Of a stretch of 64,000 nucleotides of DNA, positions 45,586-54,419 are shown piece by piece. Where the stretch lies: assembly GCA_021163765.1 (NCBI GenBank), contig JAGGTK010000099.1, positions 80,089-144,088 of the forward strand. The letters run 5' to 3'. A program made the position numbers and the translations under genes. Under the pieces are notes generated by a model. That model was given only the letters and a program-made list of their open reading frames with translations, was not told the origin of the DNA and did not search any database. Source of the stretch: a bacterium (lineage in GTDB: Bacteria; 4484-113). Within the stretch, counting starts at the first letter, position 1; each line of letters opens with the position of its first letter.

Positions 45586-46914
45586 GTGAAGCTTTCTGAC
45601 GCTGAGAAGTTTCTGCTATCGCTCCAGCCGGGGAAGATTGACCTCGACCTGGGCCGCCTGCGCCGCGTTCTCTCAGGCCTGGGGTTGATTCCGCCGCCAT
45701 TCCCGGTGGTGCTGGTGGGTGGAACTAACGGAAAGGGCAGCGTCATAGTGTTTGCCGAAGCGCTGCTCAGATCGCAGCTTCGCGTGGGTGCGTTCATCAA
45801 GCCGCACGTCTACCGCATTACTGAACGTGTGCGTATCGACGGGCAGCCGCTGTCCGACGACAGCTTCGCGGAAGCTACCGGCCGTCTCAAGAAACACCTT
45901 GACGGCTCGGACGCAAAGGTGACGTTCTTTGAAGCTACGCTGATAGTAGCGCTGCTGGCGATGCAGTCGGCTGCGGTTAAGCTGGCATTAATCGAGGTAG
46001 GCCTGGGCGGGCGTTTTGATGCGGCCAACGCCCTGCCGCGCGTCCTTACCGGCATTACGAGCATCAGCCGCGATCACGAGCAGTATCTGGGATCGAGTCT
46101 AGCAGGTATTGCCGTAGAGAAGGCAGGGATAATGGCAGAAGGTGTGCCGGTTGTCCTTTCGCGCGGCATCCGCAGTGGAGAACCGGACTGCCGCGAGATT
46201 TTGCAAAAGCTCGCCGCGCTGAAGCGCGCGCCCGTTATTGAGCCCGGCGTGGAGCTGAAGCGTGTTGGAGGAGGACTGAGGCCGGCCCACCAGGACTTCA
46301 AAGTCTTTGGACGGCTGAAGGGGTTGGACGTGCCGCGGCAAGTGAGCGTCAATCAGCTTGGCCTATACCAGTCGCGTAACATTGAAGTCAGCTTGGCTCT
46401 GGCGTCCCGGCTCGCTGAACTCGGTCACATTAAGCCGCCTTTGTCAGTCCCTTCCGAGGTCAGCGCTGAAATGCCTGCCCGTTTTGAAGTCAATCGTACT
46501 GGTGCGGGCTGGATCGTCCTGGATGCAGCTCACAATGTGGAAGGTATGCGTATGCTCGCGGAAGCTCTGCAGGAGTATTTCCCCGGAGCCTCGCCCACGC
46601 TGGTCTTTGGCTGCCAGCAGGGGAAGGACGTGCCGCTGATGCTTGCCCCGCTGAAAGGCCTGGTCAAGCGAGTCGTGGCAATCGAGCTGCCCATATTGCA
46701 TCCGATGCCGCTGGGTGAAGTGCAGGACGGCGTGAGGGAAGCCGGATTGGAGCTGCGCCTGTCCGGGCAGGCGTTTTCCCACCAGATGAGCCGGTTGCTC
46801 GGTGAGGTCAAATCCGGCGGTATTGTGGTAGTTGCAGGCAGCATCTACTATCTGGGTTCTGTTGCTGAAGATCTGGGGCTGGGCAGCGCGTCTCATCCCG
46901 GGTTGAATCAGTAG
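45586..46914 (+). CDS. folC: Bifunctional folylpolyglutamate synthase / dihydrofolate synthase
   Basis: VVLVGGTNGKGSV P-loop about 45 aa from GTG 45586. ITSISRDHEQYLG. LDAAHNVEG. The ORF-track start at 45427 would overlap the divergent GNAT gene, and there is no in-frame ATG between. Confidence 0.85.
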   Translation: MKLSDAEKFLLSLQPGKIDLDLGRLRRVLSGLGLIPPPFPVVLVGGTNGKGSVIVFAEALLRSQLRVGAFIKPHVYRITERVRIDGQPLSDDSFAEATGRLKKHLDGSDAKVTFFEATLIVALLAMQSAAVKLALIEVGLGGRFDAANALPRVLTGITSISRDHEQYLGSSLAGIAVEKAGIMAEGVPVVLSRGIRSGEPDCREILQKLAALKRAPVIEPGVELKRVGGGLRPAHQDFKVFGRLKGLDVPRQVSVNQLGLYQSRNIEVSLALASRLAELGHIKPPLSVPSEVSAEMPARFEVNRTGAGWIVLDAAHNVEGMRMLAEALQEYFPGASPTLVFGCQQGKDVPLMLAPLKGLVKRVVAIELPILHPMPLGEVQDGVREAGLELRLSGQAFSHQMSRLLGEVKSGGIVVVAGSIYYLGSVAEDLGLGSASHPGLNQ

Positions 46915-47822
46915 ACGGGCTCTTCGCCCGGCGGTCTGGTTTTCCAGCGCCGGTGCATCCAGAGCCACTGCTCAGGCGCTTCACGTATCGTCTCCTCGTA
47001 CACGCGGTTCATCGCGGCCAGCACCCGCTTCTCAGCCTCTTCGCCCTTGCCGGGGGCCTCGCATTCAACCGGACGGACAATAAAGCGGAAGGAAAAGGGC
47101 TTTAGCCTCTTGGCGACAATGAGCAGCATTGGCGGGCGGAACTTAAGGTGCAGCACCGCCGGGCCGCGCACAGTTGATGCGGGCAGCCCGAAAAGCGGCA
47201 CAAAAGCCCCGTCGACACCGCCGTTCTGGTCCGACAGCAACCCGAGGACTTTATTCTCGCGCAGTGCCCTGAGCATGGCGCTGCCAATCTTCCCGCTGGC
47301 GATGTTCTCAATGCCCAGCCTCTGGCGGGTGAGGAATGCCAGCTCTGTGAAGAAGTCGTCCCGCTGCTCCTTGCCTACGGCTGCAAGCGCGACGCCGGAA
47401 AGCGTCAGGTACGCGCCGGAAAGTTCCCAGTTGCCAAAGTGCATTGCGAGTCCCAGCAGGCCTTTTCCCTGCTTGAGGGCATTCTCCAGGAGTTCCCACC
47501 CCTCAACTTCCTTCACCAGGCTGCGTATGCGCTCCAGCGGCCAGTGGATGAAGTACATAAACTCCAGCGCGGTCAGCGCAATCTGGTGTGCGCTTCTGAG
47601 CGCGAGACGCTCCCGCTGTTTCCTGTTCAGTTCGTCACCGAAGGCAAGTTCAATGTTGCGCAGGGAGGTCCGCCGGAGTGTGGGGTGAATCCGCCACGCC
47701 AGCGCGGTCAGCAGCCGCACGAGGGGAAGCGTCACGCCCGGCGGCAGGAATCTGGTGAGGAAGATGATCAGGCGCGTGACCGACCGGGACACAGATCTCC
47801 CCATATCACGCCCCCAGTTCAC
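46908..47822 (-). CDS. Lipid A biosynthesis (Kdo)2-lipid IVA acyltransferase family protein (LpxL/HtrB-like)
   Basis: HFGNWELSG active-site region and size typical of the Lip_A_acyltrans family. The 3' end overlaps the folC stop by 7 nt (convergent). Confidence 0.65.
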   Translation of the reverse strand: MNWGRDMGRSVSRSVTRLIIFLTRFLPPGVTLPLVRLLTALAWRIHPTLRRTSLRNIELAFGDELNRKQRERLALRSAHQIALTALEFMYFIHWPLERIRSLVKEVEGWELLENALKQGKGLLGLAMHFGNWELSGAYLTLSGVALAAVGKEQRDDFFTELAFLTRQRLGIENIASGKIGSAMLRALRENKVLGLLSDQNGGVDGAFVPLFGLPASTVRGPAVLHLKFRPPMLLIVAKRLKPFSFRFIVRPVECEAPGKGEEAEKRVLAAMNRVYEETIREAPEQWLWMHRRWKTRPPGEEPVY

Positions 47823-49600
47823 TGCCTGGCGCCTCCAAGCTCCGCGCAGAATCGCTTGAACTCCTCTTCAAGCCGCTTAAGTTCGCACAGCCTGACAGCG
47901 AACTGGATAGTTGTGCCGGACCGCAAGCGCGAACTGCGGAGCACAGGACGCACGATATCGCCTTCCTCATAGTAAATGGGCAGGGCGATGCTGCGGATCC
48001 TCTCCACGAACGGCTCCAGTGTAGGGATGTCGTGCTCGGTGGCGAAACGAACAAAGGTAATCTCATCGCGTTCAGCGGCCAGAGTCCATTCGGTCAGGTT
48101 AAACCGGCCGCCGAACGCCACCTTGATGTCCGACTCCGCCACGTGCCTGGCAATGCTCTCGTCCGTATCCGTCCGAAGTATCAATGCGCGAACCGGTATC
48201 CGAAACTCCCGCCGCGCGAACTGTGTTATAAGGATGTTCGTTTCATTGTTCTCAGTAAATGCCAGCAGCAGCCCGGTGCCGGCAGCGCCCGCGTCCATCA
48301 GCACTTCCTCGTCCAGCGCGCTGCCATACGCGACGTGCTTAAACTCTTGGCGTGTCACCACGCAGTTGTGCAGGTTGGTGTCCACAAACGACACGCGGTA
48401 TCCGGCTGAGACAATCCTTCGCGCGACAAGGCGCGAGAATGCGTGGGCGCCGACAATAAGAACCGAGCGGCGACGGTCGAGGAAGACGCCGGCGGCCTGG
48501 GCGAGGAGCTTCGTCAGGGGGGCCATCAGCAGCACCGTCGCGCCGATGGTCATAAATACCACCGTTACAATCGCGTCCGCGCCAACGTGGCCGCGCGCAG
48601 CAAGCTGGATCGCAAAGAGCGATGCGACCGAACCCGAGACGATGCCCCTGGGTGCCACTCCGGCAAGGAACACTTTCTCGCCAGTTGTCAGGTGGCTTCT
48701 GATGGTGCACAGGAATACGGAAAGCGGTCGCGCAACCAGCAGGAGCGCAGCAACGATGAGAACGCCGCTCCAGCCGACACGCGCTACGGAATCCAGGCTG
48801 ATACCCGCGGAGATGAGGACGAATATCACGGCAATGGTCAGAAGCGTGATCTGTCCTTTGAACTGCTTCAGCGAGGCTTTGCCGGCGAACTCCGACCCTG
48901 ATAGCATCAGCCCCGCCAGGACTACCGTCAGAATCCCGCTGTCAGGCGCCAGAGTCTCTGCGGCTCCGAAGGATCCCAGGACAACCGCCAGCGCGGTCAG
49001 GTTCTTGATGTCCTCTCTGGAGCTGATGTAGCGCAGGCCTTTGCGCAGAATCCATCCGGCCACAAGCCCGAAGACGCAGCCGATTGCAATGCTGTGCAGA
49101 AAGAAAGCGACCGCGCTGCGGGCGGTTGGCGATGTCGCTACGGCTATTTCAAAGAGGAGCGCTGCGAGCAGTATGCCAACGGGCTCAATCAGTATCGCCT
49201 CGCCGCGCAGGACGCACGACACGGCATCGCTCACCGGCACGCGTCTCAGCAATGGCTGCACGACCGTGGGGCCGGTTATTGCGACCAGCGCGCCAAAGAG
49301 GAGCGCAAGCAGCAAGTCAACACCCAGCAGCAGCGTAAACAGCGCGGCACCTGCGGCTACCGTGAGCGCGAAGCCCAGAGAGACAAGGTTCCGAATGACT
49401 TTGAAGTGTGCTCTCAGGCGCGCCATGCTGAGAGTCATCGCGCCCTCAAAGATGATGATGGCCACGCCCAGCTTGACAATGACCGGGAGAAACGGGCCGA
49501 ATCCGCCGGGGTCGACCAGGCCCAGGATGTCGGGGCCCGCGAGGATGCCAAGGACCATCAGCGGCGCAATGCTGGGTACCTTCAAGTACTCGGCAATCAC
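47819..49600 (-). CDS. Cation:proton antiporter (CPA family) with C-terminal TrkA-N/TrkA-C regulatory domains
   Basis: LKVPSIAPLMVLGILAGPDILG, multiple TMs, then VLIVGAHAFSRLVARRIVSAGYRVSFVD Rossmann (TrkA-N). The listed start is GTG 49600; the true start is probably upstream (see finding). Confidence 0.8.
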   Translation of the reverse strand: MIAEYLKVPSIAPLMVLGILAGPDILGLVDPGGFGPFLPVIVKLGVAIIIFEGAMTLSMARLRAHFKVIRNLVSLGFALTVAAGAALFTLLLGVDLLLALLFGALVAITGPTVVQPLLRRVPVSDAVSCVLRGEAILIEPVGILLAALLFEIAVATSPTARSAVAFFLHSIAIGCVFGLVAGWILRKGLRYISSREDIKNLTALAVVLGSFGAAETLAPDSGILTVVLAGLMLSGSEFAGKASLKQFKGQITLLTIAVIFVLISAGISLDSVARVGWSGVLIVAALLLVARPLSVFLCTIRSHLTTGEKVFLAGVAPRGIVSGSVASLFAIQLAARGHVGADAIVTVVFMTIGATVLLMAPLTKLLAQAAGVFLDRRRSVLIVGAHAFSRLVARRIVSAGYRVSFVDTNLHNCVVTRQEFKHVAYGSALDEEVLMDAGAAGTGLLLAFTENNETNILITQFARREFRIPVRALILRTDTDESIARHVAESDIKVAFGGRFNLTEWTLAAERDEITFVRFATEHDIPTLEPFVERIRSIALPIYYEEGDIVRPVLRSSRLRSGTTIQFAVRLCELKRLEEEFKRFCAELGGARQ

Positions 49601-49714
49601 CAGCCCCGCAACCCCGAGCAGAATGATGAGCGCTGTGGTTTGCAGGAGATGGCCGCTGGTTAGAACGTAGGTTTCTATCGCAGCCTCCTTGGCAACAGGG
49701 CTTGCAGCCTGACC

Positions 49715-50614
49715 CTAGTCGCCGAACAGGGCCATCTCGATTATCTGGTTGCTCTTGAAGCCCTCGAAGCGCAGGTAGTAATCCATGGATTTCACGAGCG
49801 CCTCCAGTGGGACTAAGCCGACGACCTCGCTGCCCACGATGTCCACTGCGTAGCGCGCGGCCTCAAGCCTCACCAGCTCAAAGACCCGGTACATCGGCGT
49901 GTCGAACGGACTGGTTAGATTCATCGAGATCTGCACCTGGTTGCGGTCCTCTAGCATAAGCGCCATAGCTTTTATGCTCACGAGTCCGCCTTTTGCCTCG
50001 CGTATGCACTTGACGATTTTCTTCCCGACTTTCAGGTTGTCTGTGTTCAGGTTGATGTTGTAGGCCACGAGGAAAGTGCGCGCCCCGACGGCCGTCACCC
50101 CCGCTGTCGGGTGAGGAGCATTCTCGCCGAAATCAGGTGCCCATTTGGCATCCTTCATCTTTTCGGCCATACCTTCAAATTCGCCCTTGCGGACGTTCGC
50201 AAGGTTCCGGCGCGATGGTTTGGATGCAGCCTGCTCGTAGAGGAAAACCGGGATTTTAAGTTCCTCCCACATCCTGGCTCCCAGAGTGCGCGCCAGCTCC
50301 GCGCAGTCCTCCATTTTTACGCCGCTTACGGGCACGAACGGGATAACGTCAACTGCGCCCATCCTCGGATGCCCGCCTTCGTGCTTCGTGAGGTCAATCA
50401 GCTCGGCGGCTTTCTGCGCGAGTCCAAACGCGGCATCAGCGCATCCTTCGGGAGTGCCGGCGTAGGTAATGACTGTGCGATTGTGGTCCGGGTCCGACGA
50501 ATAGTCCAGCAGCTTCACTCCGTCCGTTTGGCGGATTGGTTCAAGGCACGCTTCAACGGTCTCGGAGTTGCGGCCTTCACTGATATTGGGAACGCATTCT
50601 ACGATTTTGGCCAT
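49715..50614 (-). CDS. ftcD: Glutamate formimidoyltransferase
   Basis: MAKIVECVPNISEGRN N-terminus, HPRMGAVDVIPFVP, and ~300 aa size of the formiminotransferase domain. Confidence 0.8.
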   Translation of the reverse strand: MAKIVECVPNISEGRNSETVEACLEPIRQTDGVKLLDYSSDPDHNRTVITYAGTPEGCADAAFGLAQKAAELIDLTKHEGGHPRMGAVDVIPFVPVSGVKMEDCAELARTLGARMWEELKIPVFLYEQAASKPSRRNLANVRKGEFEGMAEKMKDAKWAPDFGENAPHPTAGVTAVGARTFLVAYNINLNTDNLKVGKKIVKCIREAKGGLVSIKAMALMLEDRNQVQISMNLTSPFDTPMYRVFELVRLEAARYAVDIVGSEVVGLVPLEALVKSMDYYLRFEGFKSNQIIEMALFGD

Positions 50615-50735
50615 TGGACAGCTCCTGTTTCCCCCCGGATGGGGTGTCTGCTACATAGCATAGAAGGATTTCGCCATTTGCGCAATCGCCCCCACAACAA
50701 GGCTTATTTGCGTAATCGCGCGCGCGCCGGTCGTT

Positions 50736-50744
50736 TGCTATAAT
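50736..50744 (+). promoter_or_regulatory. Extended -10 box TGCTATAAT for the 50772-56618 operon
   Basis: Intergenic, 27 nt before ATG 50772. Confidence 0.5.
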
Positions 50745-50771
50745 GGGCTACCTTCAAAAGGTCACAAACCT

Positions 50772-52139
50772 ATGAAGAATCTCATCAGACTGGCGGCATC
50801 ACTAGTTGTCGTTTTAATTCTTTTGCTCTGCTCAGCGGCCTTCAGCCAGGAATCGGATGTTGAACTGCCTGAAGAGCCGGCTGCTGCTGAAGAAGCCGGG
50901 CCGGAAGCGCTCGAGGGCGCCGACATAATCATCGGCTTGGAGCCAGCCGCAGAAGAAGTTCCTGCGGTCGAGGTGCCGTTGCCCTCGTACGTCACGGTCA
51001 GCGACCTCCCCAACGACGATGGCACGGGCATTGTAGTGGAGTTCGAAAAGGCCGAGGGCGAGACCGAAGCTCTCACTTACACTGTGAGCGTCGGAGCGGG
51101 GCCGGACGGGCCTTGGCAGGAGGTTGGCAGTTTCCCCGCGACGAAAAAGTGGAAGGAGGAGGCCGGTCATTACTATCCGGCGTTTTTCTGGTTCCAGAAA
51201 GGTCGCGCGGGCGTGAGCAATAACATCCACCTGTTCACCATCCAGAATCTGAGTGGCAACGTGCCTTTAGAGACGGGGGTGGAGTACTTCGTCAAGCTCA
51301 CCGCGAGCCTTGACGGTGCCAACCGGGATTACCCGGAGATTCTAAGCGCAACTCCTGAAGAGCAGTGGTTCGATACCGGGCGCACCAATGTGCTTATCCT
51401 CGCAGTGCTGTTCGGTGCGACGGTTCTTTACTTCATCGCCCGTGCGCGGCGCGACCCGAATCTGTTCATTCGCAAGATTAGCGGTCTGGACGCCGTGGAC
51501 GAGGCTATCGGTCGGGCAACCGAGATGGGCAAGCCCATCCTGTACCTGAACGGTATGTCTTCACTTGCCGATCTCAGCACGCTGGCAGCGCTCAATATTC
51601 TCGGCAGGGTCGCGCGGCGGGTGGCCAACTACGAGTCCAAGCTGACCGTCCCGTGCCGCGACCCGATTGTGCTGACTGTGGCCCAGGAGATTGTGAAAGC
51701 CGGCTACACTGATGCTGGGCGTCCGGATGCTTACAATGCGGACGACATATTTTTCTTGACCGAAGACCAGTTCTCGTATGCCGCAGCGGTCTGCGGCATT
51801 ATGATGCGCGACAAGCCGGCGGCCAACTTCTTTATGGGTTACTACTATGCTGAGGCCCTGATATTGACGGAGACCGGCGCGAGCACGGGGGCCATCCAGA
51901 TTGCCGGCACCGACGCGTCCACCCAGCTTCCGTTCTTCGTGACCACCTGCGATTACACGCTCATCGGCGAGGAGCTCTACGCGGCCAGCGCGTATCTCTC
52001 CCGTGAGCCGCTGGTGCTTGGCAGTTTGAAGGGCCAGGACATGGCCAAGGTCTTTATGATGGTTATGATTATTATCGGGACGCTGCTGATGACCTTCGGC
52101 GTCGTCTTTATCAAAGATCTCTTCAAGGCACTGGGGTAG
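50772..52139 (+). CDS. Hypothetical membrane protein: signal peptide, acidic linker, FN3-like ectodomain, TM, ~210-aa cytoplasmic domain, C-terminal TM
   Basis: MKNLIRLAASLVVVLILLLCSAAFSQ signal. TMs NVLILAVLFGATVLYFIA and VFMMVMIIIGTLLMTFGVVFI. No motif I can assign. Confidence 0.6.
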   Translation: MKNLIRLAASLVVVLILLLCSAAFSQESDVELPEEPAAAEEAGPEALEGADIIIGLEPAAEEVPAVEVPLPSYVTVSDLPNDDGTGIVVEFEKAEGETEALTYTVSVGAGPDGPWQEVGSFPATKKWKEEAGHYYPAFFWFQKGRAGVSNNIHLFTIQNLSGNVPLETGVEYFVKLTASLDGANRDYPEILSATPEEQWFDTGRTNVLILAVLFGATVLYFIARARRDPNLFIRKISGLDAVDEAIGRATEMGKPILYLNGMSSLADLSTLAALNILGRVARRVANYESKLTVPCRDPIVLTVAQEIVKAGYTDAGRPDAYNADDIFFLTEDQFSYAAAVCGIMMRDKPAANFFMGYYYAEALILTETGASTGAIQIAGTDASTQLPFFVTTCDYTLIGEELYAASAYLSREPLVLGSLKGQDMAKVFMMVMIIIGTLLMTFGVVFIKDLFKALG

Positions 52140-52142
52140 CAA

Positions 52143-52775
52143 ATGCAGTTTCTCAGGAAGCAATTTCCGGTGATGCTGGCTTTCGTGATGGGCATGGCGA
52201 TGTTCATCAGGGAATTCGTGCCCTCAAAGTTCTCGGAACAGCTGTACTACGGGTTCACCGACTGGGCCATCGTGATTGTCGGATTCTCTGCGGTCTTCGC
52301 AATCCTCTCGCTGCTGCATCACCATATGAACAAGGTGCGCCGGCGTGTGGAGGGTTACGGGTATTCGGTAATCACCATCCTGGCGTTCATCCAGATGATT
52401 ATCCTGGGGCTCATCTTCAGCGTGCGGCCCGGGACGCCTGCCGGATGGGAATACCAGTGGCTGTTCGTTCCGATGCAGGCAACGATGTTCGCCACGCTGG
52501 CGTTCTTCATCGCTTCGGCCGCTTTCCGGGCGTTCCGGGCGCGAACCTGGGAGGCTCTGGCGCTGCTCCTTGCAGGGCTCATCGTAATGATAGGGCGCGT
52601 GCCCATCGGCGAGTTCATCAGCCCCCACTTGAGCACGTTCTCTGATTGGATTATGAACAATCCCAGCATGGCCGGTTTCCGGGGGATAATTCTGGGTGTT
52701 GCCCTTGCCCAGATAGCCATATCGGTGCGCATCATCTTCGGCATTGAGCGCACCTACATGGGAGGTGGCGACTGA
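52143..52775 (+). CDS. Hypothetical polytopic membrane protein (about 5 TM)
   Basis: Starts 3 nt after the upstream stop. Hydrophobic segments throughout. No recognisable family motif. Confidence 0.6.
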   Translation: MQFLRKQFPVMLAFVMGMAMFIREFVPSKFSEQLYYGFTDWAIVIVGFSAVFAILSLLHHHMNKVRRRVEGYGYSVITILAFIQMIILGLIFSVRPGTPAGWEYQWLFVPMQATMFATLAFFIASAAFRAFRARTWEALALLLAGLIVMIGRVPIGEFISPHLSTFSDWIMNNPSMAGFRGIILGVALAQIAISVRIIFGIERTYMGGGD

Positions 52776-53638
52776 TGGAAAAGGTGCAGAAACCAAGTTT
52801 CATCGAGCGCTTTCTTCAGTTGGACCGCCGCATCATCTACACGCTGGTTGCTCTTGCGGTTGCCATACCACTGCTGTTCCCGCTGGGATTGCCCATCAAG
52901 GTTACGCCGGAGGTTCAGAGCGTCTACGATATGATTGAGGACCTCCCCGAAGGATCCAATATTCTTATGAGCGCCGACTTCGACCCCGCTTCAATGCCCG
53001 AGCTCTACCCGATGATGAAATCCGTGATGCGCCACATCATACGGAAGCACCACAAACTGGCCATCACGGTGCTCTGGCCCAACGGCCCCAATCTCGTGGC
53101 CCAGTGCATCGAGGAACTGAAGCAGGAATATCCCGAGTGGACGAACACGGTGGATTACGTCTTCCTGGGCTACCAGGTCGGGGGTGCCATCGTAATTATC
53201 TCAGTTGGAGATAGCTTCTCCGGTACGTTCCCCAAAGATTATTACGGAGAGTCGACTGACGGAATGCCGATTATCAAGGAGTTCAACCAGCTCGGCCAGG
53301 CCGACTATATGGTGATGTTCGAGGCCGGCAACTCCGGCGACTGGTGGATTGTTTACGGCACCGAAGTGCACGATGTGCCGGTTGGCGGCGGCGTCACTGC
53401 GGTTGTGGCGCCGATGTACTACCCGTATCTGCAGGCCAAGCAGCTAAACGGCATCATAGGCGGTCTGAAAGGCGCCGCTGAATACGAGAAGCTGACCGAC
53501 GTGCCTGCGCTGGCAACATCCGCAATGGACTCCCAGTCTATGGTGCACGCCCTGATATTCGTTGCCATTGTGCTTGCCAACATATTTGCGCTAATGCTCG
53601 TGGGTCAGAAGCGTCGTCAGGCGCGGGAGGAGATGTAG
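52775..53638 (+). CDS. Hypothetical bitopic membrane protein with central soluble domain
   Basis: The ATG overlaps the upstream TGA by 1 nt (TGATG). N-terminal TM IIYTLVALAVAIPLLFPLGL and C-terminal TM VHALIFVAIVLANIFALMLV. Confidence 0.6.
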   Translation: MEKVQKPSFIERFLQLDRRIIYTLVALAVAIPLLFPLGLPIKVTPEVQSVYDMIEDLPEGSNILMSADFDPASMPELYPMMKSVMRHIIRKHHKLAITVLWPNGPNLVAQCIEELKQEYPEWTNTVDYVFLGYQVGGAIVIISVGDSFSGTFPKDYYGESTDGMPIIKEFNQLGQADYMVMFEAGNSGDWWIVYGTEVHDVPVGGGVTAVVAPMYYPYLQAKQLNGIIGGLKGAAEYEKLTDVPALATSAMDSQSMVHALIFVAIVLANIFALMLVGQKRRQAREEM

Positions 53639-53640
53639 CC

Positions 53641-54417
53641 GTGACGCACCTAGGAATCATCTTGCTGCAGAATAACGGCTTGCTGCCCTGGCAGGAAGCA
53701 ATGGGCACCTTCTTCACTGAGGGTGGGATGATCGTTGTGGGTACCTGGATTGCCGCAGGCCTGACCCTCTTTATGTTCTCTTTCGTTTACAAGGACAACC
53801 CGTTCTTCCGCTTTGGCGAGCACCTCTATCTGGGCATCTCAGCGGGCTATCTTATGTCCCTGTACTTCTTCAACAACATGAAGCCCAAGTTCTTTTACCC
53901 CCTGATGCCCTTCCTGGACGCCAGCGGCGACAGCACACTGAACCTGTGGGTTATCATACCGGGCATACTTGGATTGTTCATTATCTTCCGGCTGATACCG
54001 GGCTGGGGCTGGCTCTCCCGCATCACCTTCGCTTTCTATATAGGCGGCTTCACCGGCATCTCGTTCCCCAAAGTGCTCAATGGCCTTCTGCTGCCGCAGT
54101 TTTACGCCACGATGCAGTCTATCCCGTGGCAGGTAAATTCACTTGACTCCGCCGTGTTGCTGCTAAACTCGCTCGTTTTATTCGTGGGCGCGCTGTCGGT
54201 GCTCGTGTACTTCTTCTTCTCGATGGAGCACCGGGGGTTTATTGGAGGCGTATCGCGAGTCGGCATCTACACCCTGATGATAGCCTTCGGCGCGTCCTTC
54301 GGCTACACGATTATGGCGCGCATTTCGCTGCTCATCGGCCGCATGCAATTTTTAATGTTCGACTGGATCGGCGACGAAATAGTGGCCCGAATAGGGTCGT
54401 TGTTCCACGGCGGCTAG
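53641..54417 (+). CDS. Hypothetical polytopic membrane protein (about 6-7 TM)
   Basis: GTG start 2 nt after the upstream stop. Hydrophobic throughout. Confidence 0.55.
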   Translation: MTHLGIILLQNNGLLPWQEAMGTFFTEGGMIVVGTWIAAGLTLFMFSFVYKDNPFFRFGEHLYLGISAGYLMSLYFFNNMKPKFFYPLMPFLDASGDSTLNLWVIIPGILGLFIIFRLIPGWGWLSRITFAFYIGGFTGISFPKVLNGLLLPQFYATMQSIPWQVNSLDSAVLLLNSLVLFVGALSVLVYFFFSMEHRGFIGGVSRVGIYTLMIAFGASFGYTIMARISLLIGRMQFLMFDWIGDEIVARIGSLFHGG

Positions 54418-54419
54418 GA

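Noticed and set aside
47976-49031. 351-aa ORF on the plus strand (and similar ORFs at 49041-49670)
   Set aside because: It is antisense to the CPA antiporter gene. The Arg/Ser/Thr/Ala-rich translation has no recognisable fold signature.
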